A stretch of DNA of 64,000 nucleotides, from positions 1 through 64,000 of IMG/VR virus record IMGVR_UViG_3300028887_000079. One strand, given 5' to 3'. Position 1 is the stretch's first letter, and every line of letters starts with the position of its first letter. Shown one piece after another: positions 17,901-27,637 of this stretch. Origin of the DNA: a virus. Its lineage: Duplodnaviria > Caudoviricetes. Made by a program: the position numbers and the translations under genes. The notes beneath the pieces are model-generated. The model did no database searches. It saw only the letters and a program-made list of their open reading frames with translations, and had not been told where the DNA came from.

Positions 17901-18201
17901 ACGTTACCCTATACCATTTAATGTCTTCTCCGAAGCGTTCGCACCAAAGAAGGACGTCCTCGTCCGTAGGATAGGCGCCGCCGCATCCGTCCAGCCCAAG
18001 CTTGTTTCGAATCCAAGGATCCGAGATGGCAATGCCAATACGGGACACGGTTTCCGGCTTTTCGCTCCCATCCTTGTAGATGTAGGCATCGAAGCCACCG
18101 AAAAGGTTGCGGTCAAATACCACTGCATCTAGGCGCTCGACCGTAGCCTTAACGCCTTCGTTGTGCGGCATATCAAAAGAATCTTTAGCGTAATGTCTCA
18201 T
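17884..18201 (-). CDS. Hypothetical protein (apparently leaderless)
   Basis: GCGTATATT-AAAGC-ATG. Confidence 0.6.
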   Translation of the reverse strand: MRHYAKDSFDMPHNEGVKATVERLDAVVFDRNLFGGFDAYIYKDGSEKPETVSRIGIAISDPWIRNKLGLDGCGGAYPTDEDVLLWCERFGEDIKWYRVTYGYSN

Positions 18202-18227
18202 GCTTTAATATACGCCGCACGCCTTGT

Positions 18228-18491
18228 TTAATTCAGGCATTTATAGGCGACCGACCAAACATCGTTCATCGCCGTCAATGCCGAATCGCCCCATACCGAG
18301 GCAATCTTTACAACTTGGTTGTCCACCGAAATCTTCACGATGTCATCATCCGGGACGTATTCGAAAGACACATTCTTGCCGACCGCCGCGAAAACTTCTT
18401 CCATTTGGGTGAGCCCCGCTTGAATTTTCCTGGCGTTTGTGATGTCCGTGCTTTCGGACGTTTTCTTTTCATAGCGTTTCTTGATGTGCAT
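18228..18491 (-). CDS. Orphan protein with leader MHIKKRYEKKTSES
   Basis: Own AATGTATTTTT motif and GGAG RBS. Confidence 0.7.
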   Translation of the reverse strand: MHIKKRYEKKTSESTDITNARKIQAGLTQMEEVFAAVGKNVSFEYVPDDDIVKISVDNQVVKIASVWGDSALTAMNDVWSVAYKCLN

Positions 18492-18569
18492 AATTACTCC
18501 GTGTTTCCATAAAAATACATTAAATAAGACCGGGCGCCAACAAGCATCAAATTAAGGTATATTATCAAT

Positions 18570-18917
18570 ATGGACTTTAATCACGACTTCAACGGAAACA
18601 ATGAATTCCTTTTGACCGGGGCGAAGGAACGCCTCCAAATGGTGAAGAGCGCCATCCTTTCATTCGGCGATATGGGCTACACGGATCCGCCGGTCCCGAA
18701 TGTTCAATTTGCCGTTGGCGATTATACCGACCCTAACGGCCACGCCAATCTTGAAGGCGCCATCAAAGAAGTCCTGATTACCTCTATGGTTGTCCGCCCG
18801 GAAGAAATCGTGGGCATTAAAGTGGTCTCCCCGGTTGGCGACAATGGTTTCCGCGTCCGCCTCGATTTCACCTTCGGGACCACCGAGATCCAGCATCCCG
18901 CCATATCCGGCGAATAA
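18570..18917 (+). CDS. Putative baseplate wedge (gp25-like) protein
   Basis: 115 aa; size and helix-helix-strand pattern (RLQMVKSAIL...IKEVL...IVGIKV...VRLDF) fit gp25-like proteins; leaderless start. Confidence 0.4.
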   Translation: MDFNHDFNGNNEFLLTGAKERLQMVKSAILSFGDMGYTDPPVPNVQFAVGDYTDPNGHANLEGAIKEVLITSMVVRPEEIVGIKVVSPVGDNGFRVRLDFTFGTTEIQHPAISGE

Positions 18918-18980
18918 CGCGCGTTTAAGGCGATAAAAATTAAAGGCGGGTATTTGCCCGCCTTTGTTTTATTTGCCTTT
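18914..18980. repeat. Terminator-centred repeat copy
   Basis: TAACGCGCGTTTAAGGCGATAAAAATT-AAAGGCGGG-TATTTG-CCCGCCTTT. Confidence 0.75.
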
Positions 18981-19072
18981 TATTTGCTTGTTATTTGCCA
19001 AATACGCGCATTCTAGCGATATATCTAATAGATACGCGGATTTTTATTTGCCGGTTATTTGCTAAATACGCG
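18968..19072. repeat. Short direct-repeat cluster (TTATTTGC x5, ATACGCG x3)
   Basis: Directly visible in the intergenic sequence. Confidence 0.6.
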
Positions 19073-19486
19073 TTATTCGAAGGGGATGCGGATAGCATCT
19101 AACGGATACTTGCTGTAAATCTTTTCAGCGGCTTCTTCCGGGGAGCCAAGTTCTTGCAGCTGTGCCACATTGAACGTTTTTGTAAATGTGGAAAGATATT
19201 TCCCCGATTGAGGATCGAGGGGCCGCACTTCAAGTTGAACTGTGCGAGGTTTATCGGTGGCAAGAAAAATTGCATCCCCGCCATCCGGCATTTTCAGCCA
19301 AATTTGGTAAGGGCTGCCCGTATCCATAGTCCCGTTCTTTTGATCTAGCCAATAGCGGTCCGAAAAACACTTTTCTTTGCCTGCCATATCAAAATACTTT
19401 TTCTGAATAGCTTTCGCATACGGCTTGGTGAGGTCATTCAAAGATTCGCGCCGTGCTTCATTATGGTATTGTTTGATGATATACAT
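19073..19486 (-). CDS. Orphan protein with leader MYIIKQYHNEARRES; paralog of 52852-53442
   Basis: Shared C-terminal PEExAExxYSKYPLDAI; own ATGTATATTT motif. Confidence 0.75.
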   Translation of the reverse strand: MYIIKQYHNEARRESLNDLTKPYAKAIQKKYFDMAGKEKCFSDRYWLDQKNGTMDTGSPYQIWLKMPDGGDAIFLATDKPRTVQLEVRPLDPQSGKYLSTFTKTFNVAQLQELGSPEEAAEKIYSKYPLDAIRIPFE

Positions 19487-19541
19487 ATCCCTACCTAATT
19501 TCAATGTCTTAAATATACATCGGCGCCAATAGAAAACCCAG

Positions 19542-21182
19542 TTACTTCTTTTTCTTAATCATGTCCGAGATTTTCACGATGTGGGAGTCCGTGCCATCCA
19601 ACGCCGATGCCAAGGCAACCGCCTTCGAATCAAGCTGGTAGGCCATCGTCACGTCAATCGTTCTAGGCGCCACAAGATAATAGACATTGACTGGAACCTC
19701 CTGCCCGCCACGATGCAAGCGGTCTTCCGCCTGCCAGTGGTCCGTAGGCGCCGCAGTGAACTCAACAAAGACGCAATTCGAACAAGCCTTCTGCAAACCG
19801 TCAATACCAACGCCCGCCGATTGAATGTTCGCCACAATCACGCGGATATTGGGATCGTTGATGAATGATTCCTTGATTTTGTCGCGCTGCGCTCCGCTGG
19901 TTTCGCCAGTCAATACATGCGCCCCGATTCCCTTATCTTTCAGGAATCCAGCGATGTCATCCACAACGGCGTGGTGCCACGCAAAGACAAGGAGCTTTTC
20001 ATCGGTGGACAAAAAGTCCATAATCCATTGCTTGCAGGCGTCCGCCTTCAAATCATAGGCGGAACGGAACAGCCCGGCGATGGCGGCGGACTTTTCAAAT
20101 TCGCTTGCCTCGCGTGCCTTCTTCGCCTGCTCGCGGTATGCTTCCATCTTGCCTTTGTCAACCGAGCACGGAACCGTGGTGATGATTTTGGGCGGGAGGA
20201 ACGACATAACCTCAGCCTTCGTCCTTCTCAAGGAACGCGTGGAGAGGAGCGCGTGAAGTTCCGGACCATTTGAAATGCCTTTGTATTCGGTGCCATACGG
20301 ACCGACTTTCGGATTGCAATAGCGATTCGCATACGCATAGAAGTCGGGGAAGGTCCCCGGATCGATTGAATGCAGCGTGGGCCAAAGCTGGACGGGGCGG
20401 CTTCTAGCAGGCGTTCCCGACATTGCCAGCAGGCAAGGAATGCGCGTAGCAAGTCGCATAAACGCCTTGGTTCTTTGGGAGGTGCGGTTTCCGATCGCCT
20501 GCACTTCATCTCCAACCAATGCCTTGAAGCCTTGCGCATAAAAGTTTTGACGTAGCGGGGAGCGCTCCCACTTATAGAGAATGTCCCAGTTGATTACATA
20601 GGACTTGCCCGGTTCGAGTTGATAGGGGCGCTCGCCTGAAAGAACTTCAACGTCATCGCGGCCGAGCCACGCCTTATAGTTTGCCGCCCACTGCCCCTTA
20701 GTGGAGGAGGTAACGACAATCAAGGCAGGCAGGAGGCCGTGATAACGCAGCCACGCCAGCGCCTGAACGGTTTTACCCGTTCCCTGTTCATCGAACAAGG
20801 CAAGGCGCGGGCGGGTCAGGGAGAATTTCAAAAAGTCTTCTTGATAGGGATAGAGACCGGGAAGCACGCGCTCCTTGATATAGGGAGGCGGCGGGCGGTT
20901 CACAATTTCGGGCTCAGGTATTTGCCAGCCCGAGGCACGGCACCAATCCCGCATCTCCTTTGTATTTGGGACAGACCACTTCTTTGTGGAGGAACTGTAA
21001 CGGCGCCCGGGAATGTTCTTGATTGCGTCAAGCACACGGCGCCACGCAACCTGATCTTCGATGTGCCATTCAAGGTTGATCCGGTATTTGTCCAAGTCAA
21101 AAGTATACTTCATGCCCGGTATCACTATCGGGTCGGGGATGGCTTGGGCCTGCAAAAATAAAGGTTTCCGCATGTCAAACAT
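19542..21182 (-). CDS. SNF2/SMARCAL1-like SF2 helicase with N-terminal HARP-like segment
   Basis: LYPYQ, DEQGTGKT, GDEVQ, SGTP, LRRTK, GVGIDGLQ, QAEDRLHRGGQ; N-terminal IKNIPGRRY...KKWSVP. Confidence 0.88.
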   Translation of the reverse strand: MFDMRKPLFLQAQAIPDPIVIPGMKYTFDLDKYRINLEWHIEDQVAWRRVLDAIKNIPGRRYSSSTKKWSVPNTKEMRDWCRASGWQIPEPEIVNRPPPPYIKERVLPGLYPYQEDFLKFSLTRPRLALFDEQGTGKTVQALAWLRYHGLLPALIVVTSSTKGQWAANYKAWLGRDDVEVLSGERPYQLEPGKSYVINWDILYKWERSPLRQNFYAQGFKALVGDEVQAIGNRTSQRTKAFMRLATRIPCLLAMSGTPARSRPVQLWPTLHSIDPGTFPDFYAYANRYCNPKVGPYGTEYKGISNGPELHALLSTRSLRRTKAEVMSFLPPKIITTVPCSVDKGKMEAYREQAKKAREASEFEKSAAIAGLFRSAYDLKADACKQWIMDFLSTDEKLLVFAWHHAVVDDIAGFLKDKGIGAHVLTGETSGAQRDKIKESFINDPNIRVIVANIQSAGVGIDGLQKACSNCVFVEFTAAPTDHWQAEDRLHRGGQEVPVNVYYLVAPRTIDVTMAYQLDSKAVALASALDGTDSHIVKISDMIKKKK

Positions 21183-21216
21183 ATATCAAATATACGTCCG
21201 AGCGGACATGTCGGGG

Positions 21217-21309
21217 TCATTTCTTGGGTGGTCTTCCCCAATCATTCGGACTAAAAAGCGCCTTGCCGGCAACGACAAGGGCGCCAATAAACAGCAGCGT
21301 AAGGATCAT
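21217..21309 (-). CDS. 30-aa membrane peptide
   Basis: MILTLLFIGALVVAGKALFSPNDWGRPPKK; ATGA overlap. Confidence 0.4.
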   Translation of the reverse strand: MILTLLFIGALVVAGKALFSPNDWGRPPKK

Positions 21310-21581
21310 GAATTTTCCCCATTCGGGTCGAACACCGGATCGCCTTCTTTCCATTCGTTCGGATCGAATACGGCATCCCCGTATGTTTGCGGCTTGCTGA
21401 CTTCGGACGGGTGCTTAATAGTGCAATCCGGCGACTCAGGGTCATCCGGGTCGTGGAAGAGTTTTTTCTCCTTCACATTCGTGAGGGTGATGGTGTCACC
21501 CTTCTTGAACCGGGAGCCCACTCGGATCTTGAGTTCGATTCGTTGGGTTCGGCGGTTTACACTATCGCGCTTGATTTCCAT
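21306..21581 (-). CDS. Hypothetical protein
   Basis: Start MEIKRDS; C-terminal GDxVFDPN repeated twice. Confidence 0.5.
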   Translation of the reverse strand: MEIKRDSVNRRTQRIELKIRVGSRFKKGDTITLTNVKEKKLFHDPDDPESPDCTIKHPSEVSKPQTYGDAVFDPNEWKEGDPVFDPNGENS

Positions 21582-22377
21582 CGGTGATCTCCACAGACTG
21601 AACGTCCTTGAATAACTTCCGCTTGATCGGCGGATTCGTTTCCAGCAATTCCAGCGCACGAGCAGACAAGTCAATGCACGGAATCATCACCGGCCCTTTC
21701 GCCGTGATGTGAATGAGCATCAAATCGCCAATGCGGATGTTCGTTTTCTTTTCAACGATCGCCTTGTAAGTGGACAACTGCAAACTGTAATGGTAGTAGT
21801 TGGCATCGGGGAAATCGGAGAACGGCGGCATCATGCGCTGCCACGGGTTGTCATTCTTGATTTCCTTGTTAGTCTTGTAGTCAAGAATCGCATACTGCCC
21901 GGTCTTGGTATTGTAGGCGAGAAGGTCAATCGTTCCGCACAAGCCCCAATCGGAGTTGTGAACTATGAGTTCTTCTTGGACCGGAATGTAGGTTTGCGTG
22001 ATCATTTGGTAGGCCGCGTTGCAGGCGGGGATGCGGGAGTCATAGTCGGCAGGCATCTCCGGCCACTTCGCCATATCGAAATGCGGCACATAGCGCTTGT
22101 GCTGCATAAGATTTTCCATATAGGCGTGGACCTCGGTTCCGAGATCACAAGAATAGTCGCCAGCGCGTTTCCACTTAGCCCTCAATTCTTCCGGCGTGCA
22201 TCCGTTCTTTGCGGCGGATTTCTTGGCAATTTCATCCCAGTCCTGAGGCGGGCTGAATTCATGAACCCAAGAGGTGACGGAGGTAAATGCGGTCCCCTTG
22301 CTGTCCGTGTATTTGTGCGGAACGGGGTCGAAGTGAATGTCGTGGAATTTCCAAAGCTCGAGTTGTATCATATCCAT
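21562..22377 (-). CDS. PD-(D/E)xK exonuclease (Cas4/lambda-exo-like)
   Basis: HKY...SVTS, LGTEVH, QEE, GTIDLL, ILDYKT, YSLQLSTY. Confidence 0.85.
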   Translation of the reverse strand: MDMIQLELWKFHDIHFDPVPHKYTDSKGTAFTSVTSWVHEFSPPQDWDEIAKKSAAKNGCTPEELRAKWKRAGDYSCDLGTEVHAYMENLMQHKRYVPHFDMAKWPEMPADYDSRIPACNAAYQMITQTYIPVQEELIVHNSDWGLCGTIDLLAYNTKTGQYAILDYKTNKEIKNDNPWQRMMPPFSDFPDANYYHYSLQLSTYKAIVEKKTNIRIGDLMLIHITAKGPVMIPCIDLSARALELLETNPPIKRKLFKDVQSVEITDGNQAR

Positions 22378-22520
22378 AAATATAACTTTTTTTAGTCCTT
22401 AAAACAATGACTATTTGCGAGATGAAAAAGATATTGCGAGAGCAGGCAGTTCGCCAGTCCGCATCTTATAGGAAAGCGCATATAATATACGGCGCCTTGG
22501 CTGGATGGGAATAGAGTCCG

Positions 22521-22553
22521 AAAAAGAAATACGCCCCGATGAAGGGGCGTATT
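22521..22553 (-). terminator. Intrinsic terminator
   Basis: AATACGCCCC-TTCATC-GGGGCGTATT followed by TCTTTTT on the - strand. Confidence 0.75.
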
Positions 22554-22571
22554 ATTTAACAGAAGGGAAAC

Positions 22572-23441
22572 TTACCATTTGGACAAAAGGACTTCTGCGA
22601 TGTCCTCTTCACTCTTGCAGGCCGCCAAACGGGCATTAACCTTGTCGGCGACATCTTTAGTGATTTCATAGCCATCTACAGGGACAATTTCCATTTTAGA
22701 AAAGAGAGCGCTTTGCGTAAGAAGATTGCTGCCACGCCCATTATGCATAATACGCCCTGTGGGGGAATAAAGGGCAAACGCAAATGTAGGATGCCCGCCA
22801 ATATCAAGGTAGGCGGTAATGTCGGAGCGATCGCGATCGGTAACATCCCACATCGTGCGGGCATCAATTACACTGCGCACATCACTCCATTGAAACGGAG
22901 CGGTTTCTTTATATGTCTTGCGCTCGGCAGAAGTTTTTGCAACTTGGCGCATAAATTCTTCTTGATAAGCAAGAACCTTGGCGGCATCGCCTTCCGGGTC
23001 GTCCGTGATGGAAATATCATCATAGTGATCCTTCCACAATTCAGTGTATTTTTGATTAAGATGCCCGCCCGGATAATACGTGGCGCCTGCTTCATCTATG
23101 CGCCCTTGCGGTTGGATAATGCCCTTCTCAAAAACGGTATATGCCTCAAATTGGGAGCAAATGGTTCCTTTTTCATACGGCCAATCCTCATTCGGGAGAA
23201 GGCAGCAATATCGGACCTCTTTATATTTATTCCCTTCGCCAAATGTCGTTTCGGTTTTCACGTCTCCGAGATAGTTGCCATCTTTTGGCGCTCCCTTGGC
23301 AAGGGCGTTTACATAGCGAGTTTTCCATTCTAGGACGGGTATACCGATTTCCTCAAACAACGCATCGATAGCAGCTTCCCGCTGTTTGTATTTGGGTAAC
23401 GCTTTTGCTTCATTCTTGGAAAGAAGGCGAATGTGCGGCAT
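22572..23441 (-). CDS. Orphan protein with leader MPHIRLLSKNEA
   Basis: Stand-alone unit with own GGTATATTAG motif, GGAG RBS and terminator; more AT-rich codons. Confidence 0.75.
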   Translation of the reverse strand: MPHIRLLSKNEAKALPKYKQREAAIDALFEEIGIPVLEWKTRYVNALAKGAPKDGNYLGDVKTETTFGEGNKYKEVRYCCLLPNEDWPYEKGTICSQFEAYTVFEKGIIQPQGRIDEAGATYYPGGHLNQKYTELWKDHYDDISITDDPEGDAAKVLAYQEEFMRQVAKTSAERKTYKETAPFQWSDVRSVIDARTMWDVTDRDRSDITAYLDIGGHPTFAFALYSPTGRIMHNGRGSNLLTQSALFSKMEIVPVDGYEITKDVADKVNARLAACKSEEDIAEVLLSKW

Positions 23442-23463
23442 ATAAAATCTCCATTGTTTTCAA

Positions 23464-23994
23464 CTAATATACCTTTTTAGGCTGGCGTTTCCCACTAGGC
23501 GCCGGGGAAAATAAAAGGACAGCGCTGCCCCACTTTGTGGCGCCTATCTTATGCACGGACAACTTGTATCGCCGTGCCATATGACGCCAAAACTTTTCAG
23601 CCTCCTCATCCCAGCACCACAAATAAAATGTTGAGCCATACAGGTCCATAAAACGGGACAACAATGTGTGCCCCATTCCGCTTGTCCCTTTCGCCGTATC
23701 GAAATCCCCTATGTGCCAAATAGGGCCAACCTTGTAAGTTTCATTCCATTCTTCAAACCAATATGTCATCGCGCCTTTCAACTTCCCCTTAACGGAAAGT
23801 ATCATAAATTCACAAGAATAATGCGGCTGTTCGAAGGACTGCTTGAACAAAACGGATTTGAAAGAATGAAGACCGCCGAGACGGCGGATCCTTTTTAAGG
23901 CGCTGTCCCAAGATGTTGTGTGCCATTCATCAAAGCGGATCTTACTAACGCGGCGGCGCGATGGCGAAGATTTATGCATTCTAGTCGCGCACAT
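23464..23994 (-). CDS. Putative GNAT-fold acetyltransferase
   Basis: HIGDF...GTSGMGHTLL (motif A-like), AEKFW (motif B-like); start uncertain. Confidence 0.45.
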   Translation of the reverse strand: MCATRMHKSSPSRRRVSKIRFDEWHTTSWDSALKRIRRLGGLHSFKSVLFKQSFEQPHYSCEFMILSVKGKLKGAMTYWFEEWNETYKVGPIWHIGDFDTAKGTSGMGHTLLSRFMDLYGSTFYLWCWDEEAEKFWRHMARRYKLSVHKIGATKWGSAVLLFSPAPSGKRQPKKVY

Positions 23995-24196
23995 CCGTGT
24001 CCCATGAATTGTATTTGCGATCGGGGATCAAATTACCATCGCCGTAGGCCACGCTGCAGCGGCCGAACCATATTCGCGGAATGATTGTCGGGAGAATTGG
24101 TCCGTGCCAAAAGAATCCGAAAGATCCCCACCAATAGCCGAAGCCGCCGCTTGTGGAGAAAATGCGTATCGGCTTAAATCGTTTTAGTCTTCCCAT
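23981..24196 (-). CDS. Small aromatic-rich hypothetical protein
   Basis: Abuts the polymerase stop codon. Confidence 0.45.
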   Translation of the reverse strand: MGRLKRFKPIRIFSTSGGFGYWWGSFGFFWHGPILPTIIPRIWFGRCSVAYGDGNLIPDRKYNSWDTDVRD

Positions 24197-26985
24197 TATT
24201 GCCTCATGCGAACTTCATCGCAAATGTGTTTGTCAATTTCAAGCCAGTTCTCTTCGCCCGGTGCAATGCAGCCGTTCGTTGCCGCGTTCTCCGAGAAACC
24301 CAAGGCGTGTTCCCCTCCCATTTCTGCCCAGCATCCCCCATCCTCGGATACTTCGGCTTCAATGACAAGGGGAACCGCAATCCACTTGAAGTTGTGCATA
24401 ACCTTGACAACGCCGTTCTTATACAAGATGTCCTCGACAATCTCCTGCTCCTCGGACTTCACAAGCAACACAATAGCATCGTGAATCTGTCCGATAATGC
24501 GGCTCTGTAAACCAAGCCTTTCAAAGTCGTCAAGGTCATCGCCGAGCGCCTGCAACAGCGTGTGGAAACCGGATCCCTGAATGCAGCGGTTGGCGCATTC
24601 GGTGAACGACATCGGGCCATAGCAGCGACAGCCCATATATCCTTCCACATAGCCGTTCTTTTGATAGCGCTGCCATTCGGCATTGCGCCATTCGTTGTAG
24701 ACCTTGAAGCGCTCGTTCCAAAAGATCGAGTCAGCCGTTTTGACGTGGTCAAGAAATTGCGGGTAGTTCCGGATGCCGTGTGCCGCCAAATTCTCCTTCG
24801 CGGTATCCGGCATCTTTGCCCACATTCGCTCGGCACAATGCTTATAACTGGCACCGTAGAAACTGGAGAACACATAACCGGTCTTGATGGACTGGCGCTC
24901 CAATTTCGTCACCTCTTCCGGCTTGCGCATATACATGTCCGCCGCAGTATCGCGGTGCATGTCGGAACTTGGGTCTTGCAGGTATTTAAGCATACTCGGG
25001 TCGTGATGATAACTGGCGGACACCATAACTTCAAGTGACTTGTAGTCCGCTTCCATATACTTCCAGCCCGGCGGGGCAATGAACAGCGAGCGCAAAATGT
25101 GCTTCATGACTTTATCGCGCTTCGGAATGTTTTGGAAGTTCGGCGAGTCGGCGGAGGAGCGGTATGTTCTCGGGCCGCCACTTTCACCGCCGGAACCGGT
25201 GGACAAGTTAAAGAACGGGCGGATCAAATAACTTCCGGTCGGGGCATCAAACATTGCCTCGCGGTCATAGCCCTTAATAAAGGTCTTCCCGATCTTCGCA
25301 TACTTGCGCATTTGAAGAATGTTTTCGGAGAGCGGGGTGTTCAAGGATTCAAGGTATTCAACATCAAACGATTTGCCCTCGGCATCCTTTTCGGAAATTG
25401 TGCCGTTCATTATAAATAGTTTCTTGAGGTCGGCGGGCGAGTTCGGATTGAGTATTGCGGCGTAGCGCTGCATATACTTCTTCGCATCGTCCGAATTGAG
25501 GATGGCGTTGAGCGCCTCCTGACGCTTTGCCTCGACTTCCGCCTTCGCGATTTCCACCTGCTTTTTATCCATAGGCAGGCCGCCGCTTTGAACCTTGGAG
25601 AGCGTAACCATCCCGCGCATGAAGAACTTGAAGAATTCCAATTCATGCCCCACCATTTGCTTTTCTTGGATGTCGCGGATCGGCAAGGTGTAGATGGAGT
25701 CCTGACCGCAGTAGTTCGCGATTTGGAACCACGGCACGCGCTTATCATCCGCAAGCCTATTCAAGGCATAGCACGATTCGTTGTCCTCGCCCGGCATACA
25801 CTGCGACATGTAAGGGTCTGCATCGGTATCATAACCGATAATGCCGAGTTCAGTGTAGGTGTGGAATTTCAAGCCCACCTTTTGGTTGTTGTTGAGAACG
25901 TGGGCGCCAATGCAGGTATCCCAGTCCCAATTCAAAGGCCAGTCCGTTACGGTTCCGTGTAGGCCTGCCTTGAAATGGGTCCAGCAAGTTTCGAAGTCCG
26001 CCTTATGCGCGACAAGGCCAACCGGGGAACCGGGCTTGAAAAGTTCGTGCCAAGCATTGATAAGATTTTCGTTGTCCTGATCCCACTTGAAACCGATGCC
26101 GCGATATTTGCCATTCGCACGCCAAGCAAGGGAACCGGCGACAATGCGCTGTTCCGGGCGGTGCGGCTTAATGCCGGTGGTTTCATAGTCTATTGCCATT
26201 GAGGGGTGCGGGTCGTATTGGAGTGCTTCCTGAATGGCGGCACGGATCCAAGACGCAGCCTCGTCCGGATTAACTGTGGTTCGCAAGTCATTTGGAATTT
26301 CGGGGAAAGGCTTGTTAACAAGTTCCAGCGCCTTTTCGATGTGCGCAAGACGTTGCTTGTAGTAGGCGTTGTCTTCTTCCGCCTTGCGTCTCATCGCCTG
26401 CATATAAGGGCAACCCCAAGTCGGGCAAATCCACGCATTATAATAGCGGTCGGGGATGGTCTTGCCAAAGAAGTCATCCGCCTTCACGTTTGAAATACGC
26501 CCGGACAATCTCGGACCGATCACACCCCAAGTCGCCACGATGCCAACGGGGACGATCACCTTCGGTTTATACTTTGCAATGACATCGGCGAGGAACGGTT
26601 GCCCCGCTGCCGCAGTTTTAGTATCGAGCGCGGTGCCTGAAGTCTTCCACGGCACTGCATTGACGAATGCGAACTGGTCAAACACATCGGACGCATCCAT
26701 ACCGATTTCGCGGAACGCATCCCACAATTCCTTGAAGCGGGGAGACTGGAGCGGGCGGTTGCCATCCTCTATAATAGAAGGCCCGGCGACCTGGCGCTCC
26801 CACGGCTTCGGCAGGTTAACAGTGTATTTTTCCGAAAGCGGATAGTCGCCGACAAATAGAATCCCGCCGGACATATTGCCGACAACGGGGCTTGATGTTA
26901 TACCATTTGCTTGGGGCGGAACTACGGCTTGCTTCTTTTTCGTATCTTGTTTTTCAGGCGCGATGCCTAAATTAAAAAAGCCCAT
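24196..26985 (-). CDS. Family A DNA polymerase with N-terminal uracil-DNA-glycosylase-like domain (SPO1-type)
   Basis: N-terminal ILFVGDYP..FVNAV..KPKVIVPVG; exonuclease IDYETTG, HKADFE, YCGQD; polymerase RSSADSPNFQNIP, EADYKSLE, DMH, RQSIK...FYG, NRCIQG, IHDAI. Confidence 0.92.
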   Translation of the reverse strand: MGFFNLGIAPEKQDTKKKQAVVPPQANGITSSPVVGNMSGGILFVGDYPLSEKYTVNLPKPWERQVAGPSIIEDGNRPLQSPRFKELWDAFREIGMDASDVFDQFAFVNAVPWKTSGTALDTKTAAAGQPFLADVIAKYKPKVIVPVGIVATWGVIGPRLSGRISNVKADDFFGKTIPDRYYNAWICPTWGCPYMQAMRRKAEEDNAYYKQRLAHIEKALELVNKPFPEIPNDLRTTVNPDEAASWIRAAIQEALQYDPHPSMAIDYETTGIKPHRPEQRIVAGSLAWRANGKYRGIGFKWDQDNENLINAWHELFKPGSPVGLVAHKADFETCWTHFKAGLHGTVTDWPLNWDWDTCIGAHVLNNNQKVGLKFHTYTELGIIGYDTDADPYMSQCMPGEDNESCYALNRLADDKRVPWFQIANYCGQDSIYTLPIRDIQEKQMVGHELEFFKFFMRGMVTLSKVQSGGLPMDKKQVEIAKAEVEAKRQEALNAILNSDDAKKYMQRYAAILNPNSPADLKKLFIMNGTISEKDAEGKSFDVEYLESLNTPLSENILQMRKYAKIGKTFIKGYDREAMFDAPTGSYLIRPFFNLSTGSGGESGGPRTYRSSADSPNFQNIPKRDKVMKHILRSLFIAPPGWKYMEADYKSLEVMVSASYHHDPSMLKYLQDPSSDMHRDTAADMYMRKPEEVTKLERQSIKTGYVFSSFYGASYKHCAERMWAKMPDTAKENLAAHGIRNYPQFLDHVKTADSIFWNERFKVYNEWRNAEWQRYQKNGYVEGYMGCRCYGPMSFTECANRCIQGSGFHTLLQALGDDLDDFERLGLQSRIIGQIHDAIVLLVKSEEQEIVEDILYKNGVVKVMHNFKWIAVPLVIEAEVSEDGGCWAEMGGEHALGFSENAATNGCIAPGEENWLEIDKHICDEVRMRQ

Positions 26986-27101
26986 AAATAACCTCGCCAA
27001 TAATATACGGCGAAGCAAAATCGGGAAGGGTTCGGCACGTGCGTATATTTAAGCACCCACAAAACAAATCGCTTCGGCTAAACACTAACGGGGTATTAAA
27101 T

Positions 27102-27587
27102 ATGGCAACGAAATTTGACTTAGACCGCCCGGAGATGTCCGGTGGACCGGTCTTCATCAATCAGGACAACTTCAAGGTCCTTGATCTCGCGGATGACATC
27201 CGCAAACAGTCCTCGCTTTTCCAGTATTACGGAAAGCTCGCAATCAATGCAAAACGCGAGGCATCCCAAGCAAAGCTCCGTCTCAAACAAGCCACCGGCG
27301 AAAAAGAACTCGCATTGCGTGAAAAAGCAGACGAGAAGGGTAAGAAATATACCGAAAATCACATCAAGGCGCTCCTTGCGGTTGACCCCGACCTCATTGC
27401 GCTTGAAAACGAACTTATTGACGCCGAAGCCGTGGCGGGTCTTTTAGATACCGCTAAATGGGCGATGGACCACAAGAAGTCTATGATTGACGATGCGGTC
27501 CGCCTCGAAGTATCCGGCGGCTTCAATGGCAACTTCACCAATGCGCTCGCCGATGAAGCGCGTCTCAACATTCGCAAAAAAGTATAA
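27102..27587 (+). CDS. UvsY-like recombination mediator
   Basis: Helical, KYTENHIKALLAVDPD motif; directly upstream of the SSB and RecA-like genes. Confidence 0.6.
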   Translation: MATKFDLDRPEMSGGPVFINQDNFKVLDLADDIRKQSSLFQYYGKLAINAKREASQAKLRLKQATGEKELALREKADEKGKKYTENHIKALLAVDPDLIALENELIDAEAVAGLLDTAKWAMDHKKSMIDDAVRLEVSGGFNGNFTNALADEARLNIRKKV

Positions 27588-27637
27588 TCACCTAACCAAG
27601 AACCGGGCAATGCCCATAACTAAAAGGAAAAATCAAT

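Noticed and set aside
21562-22377. Cas4-like nuclease as a sign of a CRISPR system
   Set aside because: No repeat-spacer array or other cas genes; solo PD-(D/E)xK nucleases are common in phages.
22345-22377. QLELW at the nuclease N-terminus as a beta-clamp-binding motif
   Set aside because: Only a loose match to QL[S/D]LF; too weak to support.
22380-22500. Possible small RNA or peptide upstream of the exonuclease (TTGCGAGA twice, promoter-like motif)
   Set aside because: No convincing structure or coding signal by eye.
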